In this document: positions 1-8,365 of the stretch, in pieces
Layout of the letters: each line of letters begins with the position of its first letter
Numbering within the stretch: the stretch's first letter is position 1
Source of the DNA: a bacterium
GTDB lineage: Bacteria > Verrucomicrobiota > Verrucomicrobiia > Limisphaerales > RI-55
Length of the DNA stretch: 64,000 nt
Assembly: GCA_031362805.1 (NCBI GenBank)
Contig: JANLTG010000043.1
Location: 5,395 to 69,394 of the forward strand
Reading direction: 5' to 3'
Program-made: the position numbers and the translations under genes
Notes under the pieces: model-generated
What the model saw: the letters and a program-made list of their open reading frames with translations, nothing else
Told to the model about the DNA's origin: nothing
The model's database searches: none

Positions 1-906
1 CCACACAAATTGCACCTTTTCACGCGTCAGGCCGGCCGCCAAAGCAACCTCATCGATGTCAATAGCATGATTCTTTCCATAGAGGCAGAGATCCATGGGC
101 TCGTAGGGCAGGGCGAAATAGAATTCGTCCTGACCCTGGGGCAGCGAGTAGGTGTCAGTGGTCGGCAAGCGGCGACGAACCGTGTCCGGCAGGCCAAGGA
201 AGTCCGCCAACTGGTAAACCTGGCTTTTGTAGAGGTGGGCAATCGGTTTCACATCCGCCAACCCGTCACCACCTTTCACGAAGAAGCCCTGATCGTATTC
301 CAACCGGTTGGGGGTACCCGCCACCGCATAATTGAGCCGATCGGCATGATAGTACTCGATCATCTTGCGGGTGCGTTGCTTGAAGTTGGTGGCGGCGACG
401 ATTTCCAAATAGGCCTTCAAGGGCAACCGGGTGCGAATGGTGCGGCCCGTCGGGTCCTGGGCCACGATGGCAAAGGTGGTGTAGCCGCCGCCGCTGGCGA
501 CGCCTTCAATCACAATCTTGGACAGCCAGCCCGAACCGTATTCCGGAACGGCTTCGCGCACAGCGGCGTCATAGCGGCGGTAGAAGCCCACGGCTTCCAG
601 GATGCCGCTGATGTTTTCCTCCACGCACGGCATGCCCAGCGAGTCGGCCACGACCTGACCGAGGACGCGGGATTCGGAGTGTGAATGGCGTTCGGGCATG
701 AGAATGCCGAAGACGCGCTCCTTGCCCAGCGCCCGCGCGGCGAGCGCGGCGGTTACGGAGCTGTCAATACCGCCGGAAAGGCCAAGGACCAAGCCGCGAC
801 GTTTGAGGTCACGAGAAAGCGACGTGCGCAGACTGCTGACGATGCGCTCGGTTTCGGCCGCAGCATCAATTCGGAGCGTGTCCCGGGAGAATCGGTTGTT
901 GGTCAT
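1..906 (-). CDS. nadE: NAD+ synthetase, N-terminal ~302 aa (3' end beyond left window edge)
   Basis: Absent from the ORF track because there is no stop inside the window. Hand translation from the ATG at 906 gives MTNNRFSRDTLRIDAAAETERIVSSLRTSLSRDLKRRGLVLGLSGGIDSSVTAALAARALGKERVFGILMPE... and stays open to base 1. It carries the SGGIDS PP-loop motif and a NadE-like remainder. The plus-strand ORF 10..684 is its GC-rich shadow. The ATG overlaps the upstream stop (ATGA at 903-906). Confidence 0.8.
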   Translation of the reverse strand, partial: MTNNRFSRDTLRIDAAAETERIVSSLRTSLSRDLKRRGLVLGLSGGIDSSVTAALAARALGKERVFGILMPERHSHSESRVLGQVVADSLGMPCVEENISGILEAVGFYRRYDAAVREAVPEYGSGWLSKIVIEGVASGGGYTTFAIVAQDPTGRTIRTRLPLKAYLEIVAATNFKQRTRKMIEYYHADRLNYAVAGTPNRLEYDQGFFVKGGDGLADVKPIAHLYKSQVYQLADFLGLPDTVRRRLPTTDTYSLPQGQDEFYFALPYEPMDLCLYGKNHAIDIDEVALAAGLTREKVQFVW

Positions 907-1322
907 GGTTGGAGTGTTAAGAGTAGTGGACGGTTGTCGATCATTAAGCAGGTCTTGATGTAGGTCCTCTTGGAAGTGATTTTCCCATCGCGCAACTGAA
1001 CCACGTCCACCCCGGTCCTCAGCTCAAGCTGGCCCTGAACGCGGGGCTCCGGCGACGGCCAGGCCAGGCGCCACTCAAAGCTGAACGACTGCCGTGCCTC
1101 ATCGAGGCAGCAGTTGGTCATTTCGAAGTGAAAGTTCCCGTGGGAAGAAAACCAAGGTTGCCAGGCCCGCCCGAGCTGATGTTTGCCGCGAATCACCCGA
1201 CCATTCCAATGCTCGAAGATCACTTCGTCCGCCATGGGTTCAAGCACGCCGGTCAAATCGTGTTGATTCCAAGCGGCGAGCCAGTCCGCTAGCAAGTTTG
1301 AAATGCCCGCGCGGTCAAGCAT
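903..1322 (-). CDS. SnoaL-like / NTF2-fold protein
   Basis: 139-aa ORF. N-terminus reads ...LADWLAAWNQHDLTGVLEPMADEVIFEHWNG..., typical of SnoaL-like polyketide-cyclase-fold proteins. Translationally coupled to nadE. Confidence 0.6.
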   Translation of the reverse strand: MLDRAGISNLLADWLAAWNQHDLTGVLEPMADEVIFEHWNGRVIRGKHQLGRAWQPWFSSHGNFHFEMTNCCLDEARQSFSFEWRLAWPSPEPRVQGQLELRTGVDVVQLRDGKITSKRTYIKTCLMIDNRPLLLTLQP

Positions 1323-1930
1323 GCTGAGTCGTTGAGCACACGAAGCGCGGATTCATTCACCACGGAGGCGCGGAGGAGCGCTTCAAAAGCAGAAAACTGA
1401 AAGCAGAGAACTGAAATGTATGGCGTAAAACGTAAGGCGTAAGCGATTCAAAAGCGGAGAGCTGAAATCGGAAAACAGAAACGAACGACAGCCTGATCAG
1501 CGAACGCTCAACGTCGCAACAGGTAGAATTCCAAATTCAAAATTCGACATTTAAGACCATGATGGCTGCGAAAGTTGAACCGCTCATCGACGCGAATTCA
1601 CGCGAAGGACGCTAATCAATCAAAAGCGGAGAGCTGAAAATTGAAAGCTGAAATATAAAACGCAAAGCGTAAGGCGTAATCAGTAATCTGTGGACAGTGA
1701 TCCGTGATCGGTAATTCGTAAACTGGATGGCAGCACGTTTGGGGGGGTCCGTGCCGATCTATTTCGGCGGCGCAGCAGCACCGCCCTACCTTACAAGGAG
1801 GTTGGGGTTCGGCGCGAGGGCGCGCCGGACGGCAGCCGAGCCGGCTGCGCTCCCCGGTTCAAAAGCGGAGAGCAGAAAACTGAACGCGGAAATGATCTAG
1901 TGATGCTCCCGCGAAGAGATGCGAAGGACG
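1323..1930. repeat. Spacer composed of mosaic short-repeat modules (purine-rich heptads, GC hairpin + GCTCCCC head)
   Basis: Four copies of CAAAAGC-RGARARC-TGAAAnn heptad runs (near 1383, 1447, 1619, 1857). A run of about 16 in-phase heptads spans 1621-1730 (TGAAAAT TGAAAGC TGAAATA TAAAACG CAAAGCG TAAGGCG TAATCAG TAATCTG ...). The element GCGCGCCGGACGGCAGCCG..GCGCTCCCCGGTTCAAAAGCGG (1818-1868) recurs at 23988-24040. Confidence 0.85.
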
Positions 1931-2077
1931 CTAGAAATTCACGTAAACGAACTGGGGGATGCCGCTTCCGCCGCCGGAGCTGACACGATCGAGGAGGAAA
2001 ATGACGATCCAGAACACCTCGAGCGTCACCAGGATCAGCTTGCGGTTTTCGTGGAAAAGAGCGCGGAGCATTTTCAT
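1931..2077 (-). CDS. 48-aa single-TM micro-protein, DUF5989-like
   Basis: Below the ORF-track size cut-off. Hand translation: MKMLRALFHENRKLILVTLEVFWIVIFLLDRVSSGGGSGIPQFVYVNF*. It has a basic N-terminus, one TM helix and a C-terminal PxF(V/I)Y..F tail, as recalled for DUF5989 micro-proteins. It starts 29 nt after the MBOAT stop. Confidence 0.45.
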   Translation of the reverse strand: MKMLRALFHENRKLILVTLEVFWIVIFLLDRVSSGGGSGIPQFVYVNF

Positions 2078-2105
2078 AACAACCAGACGCGTTGCCGTTC
2101 ACATT

Positions 2106-3392
2106 TTAGAAAAGTTGACCGAGCACTGACGCCAACTGCTGGGAATCGAGAATGAATAGCAGTCCCAGCGCAAAGAAGTTGAACGAAAGAACCACACCGA
2201 GGGCGTAACTCAAAGGCGAGGTGAAATATTTCAGGGCGCCGGGATGGCGAACCTGGCGCTTCCATTTTTGATAAACATTGACGGCGGCAATGCCAATCCC
2301 GTGGTAAAGCCCCCAAAGAATAAAATTGAACGTCGGACCATGCCACGCACCACAGAGAAAAAAGGTGACGATGATGGCCAGATTGGAAATGACCAGCGGG
2401 TATTTTCGGAGCATTTCATTGCTCCGCAGCTTGCGAACCAGAGGCCAGTATACGTAATCCGTGAGCCACCCCGTCAGTGACATGTGCCAATTCGCCCAGA
2501 GTTGCTGAAGATTCTTCTTCAAGAACGGCTGATTGAAATTTTCGGGGAGGTTGAAACCCAGCAACCGCGCGCTGCCGATGGCAAGGTCGGTATAGCCGGA
2601 GAAGTCGATGTAGAAATAGAGGGCATAGGCATAGAGGCACAGGAGAACCTGCCACGGGGCCATTTCCGCCAACGGGACCTTGGTGCCAATGAGTGTGTAC
2701 GGGAACAGAAGCACGGTGATCACGAATTTCTTGAACAGGCCGTGAATGATCCGCTCCGCACCTGCAGAGAAGTCATCACGCCACGGCGCACGATTGGCGC
2801 GAGCAGAATGGGCGATAAAATCGTTGAACCGATTGATGGGACCGCTGACAAACGCGGGGAAGAAGAGGAGGAAGTTCAAAGTGTCCAGAAGGCGCGGACG
2901 CTTGATGGTGCCCTTGAACGATTCGATAAGGAAATGGATCGCCTTGAAGGAGGAATAGGAGATCCCGACCAGGAAGATGAAATCGGAAGCGCCCGACCCG
3001 AGGATTGATTTGTCGTGGAGGACGAGGGTCTGCAAAAAGCGGTACTTGAAAACCGCGAGCACAAACAGCACGAGCACGACGCCGAGAATCGCCAATGGAA
3101 GGCGCGACGACGGACGCTTCGCCAACGGTCCCTCGTTGAGGGCGAGTCCGATGCCATAGGTGACCAACGTCAGGCCACCATAAATCAGCAAGGCCGCGCC
3201 GTTGAATTGAGGCAGGGCCAGGAGCATTAAAACATTCGCGCCCAGCAGCAGCAGATCACCGACGGTGCCACGACGCGGAAGCAACCGGAGCGCGACAACG
3301 ACGATCGCAAAATAAGCCCAGAACGCGGCACTCGAAAAGAATTCGGCGGAAGGCAACCCGTGAAGGAACTGGGAGATTGATTCCAAGGTCAT
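2106..3392 (-). CDS. MBOAT-family membrane O-acyltransferase (AlgI/DltB/PatA-like)
   Basis: Track ORF is 2106..3503. The first ATG with a sensible N-terminus is at 3392 (MTLESISQFLHG...); the upstream codons read through heptad repeats. It is a multi-TM protein with the MBOAT signature QQLWANWHMSLTGWLTDYVYWPL (compare WRRWHISLSxWLRDYLYIPLGG). Confidence 0.85.
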   Translation of the reverse strand: MTLESISQFLHGLPSAEFFSSAAFWAYFAIVVVALRLLPRRGTVGDLLLLGANVLMLLALPQFNGAALLIYGGLTLVTYGIGLALNEGPLAKRPSSRLPLAILGVVLVLFVLAVFKYRFLQTLVLHDKSILGSGASDFIFLVGISYSSFKAIHFLIESFKGTIKRPRLLDTLNFLLFFPAFVSGPINRFNDFIAHSARANRAPWRDDFSAGAERIIHGLFKKFVITVLLFPYTLIGTKVPLAEMAPWQVLLCLYAYALYFYIDFSGYTDLAIGSARLLGFNLPENFNQPFLKKNLQQLWANWHMSLTGWLTDYVYWPLVRKLRSNEMLRKYPLVISNLAIIVTFFLCGAWHGPTFNFILWGLYHGIGIAAVNVYQKWKRQVRHPGALKYFTSPLSYALGVVLSFNFFALGLLFILDSQQLASVLGQLF

Positions 3393-3999
3393 TAGTACGA
3401 AAAGATGCAAGTCAGTTGACCGACGACCGACGACCGACGACCGACGACAGAGGACAGAGGACAGAGGACAGAGGACCGAAGACGGTAGACAGAGGACTGT
3501 CAAAAAAGGAAAGCAGCAGCACTTAACCGCCCGCCTTCATTCCTTGAACTTCGTCGCGGCACGCAGATGAACACAGATGGACGCAGATGAGCGGCCGAGG
3601 GAGTAATGGAGAGTTGGAGAGTTGGAATCGGACGACAGAGGACGGTGGACGGGTAAAGGAGAAAAGGAGCGGGGGAGCGGGGGAGCGGGGCGAAAGAGAC
3701 AGCCAACATTCAACGTTCAATGTTCAACTACCAAGGTGAGGGCGAAGGAGGTCGGAGTCTTTACGCGAATCAACACGAATTAACGCCAAGCGGAATCAGC
3801 CACGAAAGGGCGCAAAGGGCGCACAGTCCGTTTAACAGGAACTAACGGAGGAAGCGGAGGACGGAGGACCGAAGACGGTAGGCTGAAGACGGTCAAAAGC
3901 AGAAAACAGAAAGCGGAAATCAGTGGACCGACGACGGATGACCGAGGACAAGGAACGCTCAACGTCCAATGGCCAATGTTCAAAGCAGATACTGCGGCG
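3393..3999. repeat. 607-bp spacer made entirely of mosaic repeat modules
   Basis: Contains the GAC-phased heptad array, a TTAACC-CAGATG-type module, GGAGAGTTGGAGAGTTGG, GGAGCGGGGGAGCGGGGGAGCGGGG and AACRTTC heptads. It also contains TTTACGCGAAT..CACGAAT, GCCACGAAAGGGCGCAAAGGGCGCACAG, GTTTAACAGGAACTAACGGAGG and a CAAAAGC heptad run. All of these recur in other spacers. Confidence 0.9.
3418..3501. repeat. 12 consecutive in-register GAC-N4 heptads
   Basis: Counted base by base: (GACCGAC)x4 (GACAGAG)x4 GACCGAA GACGGTA GACAGAG GACTGTC. Confidence 0.95.
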
Positions 4000-4929
4000 T
4001 TACCGAGTCTGAGCCACCAAGGTGCGGACTTCGCCCGCGGCATCCTTCACCTGATCGACGGTTTGGTAGGCGCCAGACTTTTCGAGGCGAGCGGCAAAGA
4101 ACGGTCCCTGGCCAAGCCCGACTTCAAAGCACAGCCATGATTTGGGTTTCAGAAAGCGAGGGGCGTCAGTGATCAAGCGACTGATGATCGCGAGCCCGAA
4201 ACTGCCCGCGTCGAAGGCCTCGCGCGGCTCGAACTCACCGATCTCGCGCGGCAACACACGCGCTTTGGATGAGGAGAGGTAAGGCGGGTTGCAGACCACC
4301 AGATCCATCGTGCCGTCAAAATCCCCCTGCGCAAACGGAGCAAACAAATCTCCGACCCGAAACTCGACACGATCCTGAAGCTTATGGAATGCGGCGTTCT
4401 CCCGAGCGAGCGCCACGGCATCGGCGCAAAGGTCGGAAGCAACGACCTGGCAAGCAGGTTCGTGGGCAGCCAGCGCAAGCGCCAAGTTACCGGAGCCCGT
4501 GCAGATATCCATCACCCGGGCACGCCTGCGGGTGCGCACAAGATCGCGGAGCCGCTGGAGAGCAGCGTAGCCGAGAAGCTCGGTTTCCTTGCGCGGAATG
4601 AGCGCCTGAGGTCCCGCCTTGAGCTCCAGTCCCATAAAATTTTGCCAGCCCAGCAGATGGGCCAAGGGATTCCCCGACAGGCGGAGCTCGATCAACTCGT
4701 CGAGGCGTTTACGCTCTGCTTCGGTCAGAGTTGGCAGATCACCGTCGGCCGCTTTTTGTACCGAGCGGTGCTGTCCCGCCGCGGCGAACCAGAGAGCCCG
4801 GATGGCAGACGTCGGACTTTCCTCGGGTTTGTCCTGAAGATTTGGCCAACGGGGTGCAAAGTTCTGAACAAGACAATCGAAGAGGAGACCAGCGACCGCC
4901 GACGGGTTTGGGTTCGGGATGTTGTTCAT
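4000..4929 (-). CDS. prmC: HemK/PrmC-family N5-glutamine (release factor) methyltransferase
   Basis: 309 aa. Shows ...LIPRKETELL..., the SAM motif VMDICTGSGNLALALA and the catalytic NPPY (VVCNPPYLSS). Overall PrmC-like layout. Confidence 0.7.
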   Translation of the reverse strand: MNNIPNPNPSAVAGLLFDCLVQNFAPRWPNLQDKPEESPTSAIRALWFAAAGQHRSVQKAADGDLPTLTEAERKRLDELIELRLSGNPLAHLLGWQNFMGLELKAGPQALIPRKETELLGYAALQRLRDLVRTRRRARVMDICTGSGNLALALAAHEPACQVVASDLCADAVALARENAAFHKLQDRVEFRVGDLFAPFAQGDFDGTMDLVVCNPPYLSSSKARVLPREIGEFEPREAFDAGSFGLAIISRLITDAPRFLKPKSWLCFEVGLGQGPFFAARLEKSGAYQTVDQVKDAAGEVRTLVAQTR

Positions 4930-4980
4930 AGCCAGAAATAAGAACGATCAACGCAGGAGCGGTGGGAAAAGGAAGGTCGG

Positions 4981-6150
4981 TCAGTTTTGACCCCGCCCAT
5001 GATCCGGCTTGAGGGCGTCATAGAGGTACTCCCCGACGACCAGGCTGGTGGGCCCGTTGTAATGGCCGTCGGAGTCGAAATTCAACTTCTCCCCTTTGCT
5101 GAAACGCTCCTGCACGGGTGGATTCAGATCGATGAACTTTATTCCTTCGACCTGGCAGTGCTTTCGGACTACCTCCACAAAAAACTCCGTGTCAATCAGG
5201 CTGGGATCCAGTTTGCCTTTGGCCGCGAGGTCGTTTACGTGGAACACCCCGGCCGGTGGACAGTAAACGCCGATGGGAGTGGCGTTCAGACTGCGGACGA
5301 ACTGCTCAAGCTCCTGGAGATTCTTCAGAAAATCTGCGGTTTTCTCCGGTTTATGAATACGGTGACTGGAGGAAAAGCGTTCCACGTAGAATGACAGCGG
5401 GGCGTCCTCCCCTTTGAAATACCGGCGCTGCGTGTTTCGAATGCCGTCGCGCAGGAAGCAGTAACCAGCCGAAGTGTTCGCCAAGAATTTTCTGAGCAAG
5501 GGGATTCTCCAATTGCTGCCCTCGAAGAGGTCTCCCCGGCGCACAACGACGTCGGGATGGTTGTCGTCATACCCACCAATCAGCAATGGGTTGAAAACGA
5601 TGATCACCGCCTGCGGTGGGTTGGTGACAGACGCCGTGAAGCTCTTGAACAGGGCGGCTTGCTCCTGCAGATGGTGCCCAGCCACCGCGAGGTTAACCAC
5701 GTCAATATTATGGTCTTTAAGTTTTTCGGCGACGATGCCCACGAATGTTTGTTCGTAGTCGAGTCCGTTGCCAAAAGCGTCGGATGCTCCGAGGATCACG
5801 TAATATGGCCGCCCTCCGATAGATTGAGGGCCGGGTTTGGGTGATCGGAAGCCAAGATCGGAAGTATGGACGCTAAATTTTAGAGTAGGCCAAAATACTT
5901 CCTTGGTCACGCTTTTCTTCAAGACGTACGAAATACCACCTTGTTCGAAGTAGCCTTCCAAGTTCCCCATGTGGTAGCGACCAGTGGCTCGCAGGCCAAC
6001 CTCCAGCGTAATAATGCAGAATAGTAACGTGACAAGCACAACGCCGATTTTGGAGAGGCCTCGCCGAATAGTCTGCAGCGAACCTGACGAGCGGACGGTT
6101 GAACCATTCTCCGGAATCATGTTCTGTAAGGATGGGATAATTGGGCTCAT
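4981..6150 (-). CDS. Membrane-anchored SGNH/GDSL-like hydrolase or acyl-esterase (AlgX/AlgJ-role candidate)
   Basis: 389 aa with an N-terminal TM helix (VVLVTLLFCIITLEVGL). The block-I-like motif is YVILGASDAFGNG and the C-terminal DSDGHYN resembles the SGNH Asp/His block. Confidence 0.5.
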   Translation of the reverse strand: MSPIIPSLQNMIPENGSTVRSSGSLQTIRRGLSKIGVVLVTLLFCIITLEVGLRATGRYHMGNLEGYFEQGGISYVLKKSVTKEVFWPTLKFSVHTSDLGFRSPKPGPQSIGGRPYYVILGASDAFGNGLDYEQTFVGIVAEKLKDHNIDVVNLAVAGHHLQEQAALFKSFTASVTNPPQAVIIVFNPLLIGGYDDNHPDVVVRRGDLFEGSNWRIPLLRKFLANTSAGYCFLRDGIRNTQRRYFKGEDAPLSFYVERFSSSHRIHKPEKTADFLKNLQELEQFVRSLNATPIGVYCPPAGVFHVNDLAAKGKLDPSLIDTEFFVEVVRKHCQVEGIKFIDLNPPVQERFSKGEKLNFDSDGHYNGPTSLVVGEYLYDALKPDHGRGQN

Positions 6151-6237
6151 CGTCTTGCCATAATAGAGGGCTGCTTCAAGAGTTATTGGGGTACAGGAAC
6201 GATCGGTCTGAATTTTTCCAATACCAGCGCCGTGACT

Positions 6238-6708
6238 CTATCCTTTTGAGCTTTCCAAGACTTCCGCACTTGCGCGTTTATGGATTATTCTCGCTGGCAC
6301 GCCCACGGCAGTTGCGCCGGCGGGGACGTCGGTCAGCACCACGGCATTGGCCCCAACCCGCGCGCCGTCTCCAATTCTGATGCTTCCCAAGATTTTTGCG
6401 CCGGCGCCTATGCGAACGTTGTCGCCAATGATTGGCGCTACGGTTTCGTCCCAACGAATTCCAATCGTAACGTGCTGATCAATCCGAACGTTGTTGCCAA
6501 TTACGCAACGGTAGTCCAAAATAGTACCCATGCCATTGTGCCCAAAATGTACATTTACCCGGCCGATCCTTGTCTTGTAGGGGATAAAGCAGCAAAATAC
6601 GAATCGAAGGAACTGCTGGATCAAAAAGGGGAGGATCGGAACTTTCCAGCGGTATAAAGTATTCGCCGTTCGGTAGATGAAGTAAGGCAGGTTTGAATGT
6701 GTCTTCAT
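6238..6708 (-). CDS. Hexapeptide-repeat O-acetyltransferase (serine acetyltransferase/CysE-like)
   Basis: Track ORF is 6238..6876; the ATG at 6708 gives MKTHSNLPYFIYR.... The LbH repeats IGDNVRIGAGAKILGSIRIGDGARVGANAVVLTDVPAGATAVGVPARI are typical of EPS-locus CysE-like acetyltransferases. Confidence 0.75.
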   Translation of the reverse strand: MKTHSNLPYFIYRTANTLYRWKVPILPFLIQQFLRFVFCCFIPYKTRIGRVNVHFGHNGMGTILDYRCVIGNNVRIDQHVTIGIRWDETVAPIIGDNVRIGAGAKILGSIRIGDGARVGANAVVLTDVPAGATAVGVPARIIHKRASAEVLESSKG

Positions 6709-6712
6709 GGTA

Positions 6713-8365
6713 TCAGGTTGACTGCTCGCCGGCCCTTGCGGGAGGCTTGACCTTGCGAAGGCATGCGAAGATTGGTCGCGCCCGGTCCCGAAATTCACAA
6801 AACCCGCGCCTCGCTCCGGCCCAAAATGATGTGCGAGGCGCCCGAACCGTTTGTGGATCGATGCCCTCGGCAACAACGGATGTCAGTTCAATTTCCGTCC
6901 CGGGGTTTACTTTGATGGCTCCAGCCCGATACCCGTCAATTCGAACCCCATTCAACTGTCCATAGCGCAACTCAAGAGTTTCGTGTTCATCCGCCTCGAA
7001 CCAGGCACGGTGGACGATGAGATTGACGGCGTCCGACGGAATGCCAACTTGCACGCGACGCGAATACATCTTGACGTGCAGCGTGTCCCCGTCCTGATGG
7101 GTGCAGAAATTGGAACGAGCCATCGCCCGCATGTTCATCCAGCTCACATTCCCAACCGAGTTGATGCGATCGGCGAACTGCTTCATGATATCCAACCCGC
7201 CACTGACATCATCGTGATGGCCAACAAGAATGATAGGCTTTTGAAGCAGTGCGGCCAGATAGACATCCACTTCCCGTTCGTGGGCCAGCTTAAACCGGGG
7301 GATGACGGGGAATCCCGTTTCAAGATACTCGGCCGGGTTCAATCCGACGGTCTGTGGCCAGTCCCGATTCTGGTTGTAATGCATCAGCGACCAGCGGGAA
7401 ATACAGGCGGCCTCAAACCCGACCTGCAACATGGCGGCGGCCATCTCCTGGCTGCAGCCGCCATGGGGGGCCGCCATGATGCGGGAGATTTCCAAACCGG
7501 AACGTGCTTCCAGGCGGGCGATTCGGAGCAATGCCTGAGCCATGAGCCCCAGACGATGGCCGACAGGATAATCTTGAGCCAGTTCAGCGTAGGTGTGGTT
7601 ATTGCCATGGACGAGCAGTGAAAGCCGATCCTTATGGGCACGAAACAAGGCGGCAGTGGCGGGATGTACATACCAACCATCGAAGGGCACTGTCGCGAAC
7701 GACACATGGTAATTATGCGCGCGGGCATGCCGGGCCATTTCCTCGTACCGCACGCAGCCATAGGTCTTCCAATGCAGGTTGGGATCGTCGAACATCAAAC
7801 ATCCGCGCAGCGGCGGCCGCTTCCAGGGAGAAAGACCGCGCAGAAAATGCATGAGCGGCAACAAGTGCATGAAGTTGTCACGCTGAAGAAACTGGTACAG
7901 ATATTCGCCGCCGCCCAACGATGGGAGGTCCACGGCCAGAAGATCAATGGAGGCCTTCCCAACGACCCGATGAATCCATAGAATGTCTTCACCCTTGCGA
8001 GTGATCACTTCATCACCGCTTTTGGACTTCAGCTCACGGAGTTGCTTGATAGAGCGGTCACGAATGACACGGCCACGAAAACTCCGATCCAAACAAGGTA
8101 GCGCAGCCATCGAGAGGTCCGCCGTCTCCGACCTGACAGCAACGGGTGGCTGCCCGAGAAAGGCCAGGCAGGGAATTCCCGACCCAGCGATGCGCTCCGC
8201 CGCATCACGGCTCTGGCCGAAGAGCAAGGCTGCGGCACAATCGGATAGCTTGCCTTCGTCACGCGCCACGAACTGAAGCGTGTAAAGTTCACCCAAGGCA
8301 TCGAACAATCGCCGATGGCCGGACAATGCTTCAGAGGAAACCAGGGCAATTCTTACAGGCTTCAT
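6713..8365 (-). CDS. 550-aa protein of unknown function with a putative deacetylase/GH-like barrel core
   Basis: The ATG at 8365 (MKPVRIALVSSE...) overlaps the upstream stop (ATGA). The central segment CLMFDDPNLHWKTYGCVRYEEMARHARAHNYHVSFATVPFDGW...LLVHGNNHTYAEL resembles DUF2334/polysaccharide-deacetylase-like barrels. The N- and C-terminal domains are not recognised. Confidence 0.35.
   Translation of the reverse strand: MKPVRIALVSSEALSGHRRLFDALGELYTLQFVARDEGKLSDCAAALLFGQSRDAAERIAGSGIPCLAFLGQPPVAVRSETADLSMAALPCLDRSFRGRVIRDRSIKQLRELKSKSGDEVITRKGEDILWIHRVVGKASIDLLAVDLPSLGGGEYLYQFLQRDNFMHLLPLMHFLRGLSPWKRPPLRGCLMFDDPNLHWKTYGCVRYEEMARHARAHNYHVSFATVPFDGWYVHPATAALFRAHKDRLSLLVHGNNHTYAELAQDYPVGHRLGLMAQALLRIARLEARSGLEISRIMAAPHGGCSQEMAAAMLQVGFEAACISRWSLMHYNQNRDWPQTVGLNPAEYLETGFPVIPRFKLAHEREVDVYLAALLQKPIILVGHHDDVSGGLDIMKQFADRINSVGNVSWMNMRAMARSNFCTHQDGDTLHVKMYSRRVQVGIPSDAVNLIVHRAWFEADEHETLELRYGQLNGVRIDGYRAGAIKVNPGTEIELTSVVAEGIDPQTVRAPRTSFWAGARRGFCEFRDRARPIFACLRKVKPPARAGEQST

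Noticed and set aside
10-684. 224-aa plus-strand ORF at the left edge
   Set aside because: Low-complexity Gly/Ala/Arg-rich translation, exactly antisense to a clean NadE reading frame (SGGIDS motif). It is a shadow ORF typical of high-GC DNA.
3840-3960. Dense GGA motifs on the plus strand of the spacers as a CsrB/RsmZ-like CsrA sponge RNA
   Set aside because: The GGA-rich strand is antisense to the operon transcript. No promoter or terminator for a plus-strand sRNA is evident. No csrA gene is in the window to support the idea, so it remains pure speculation.
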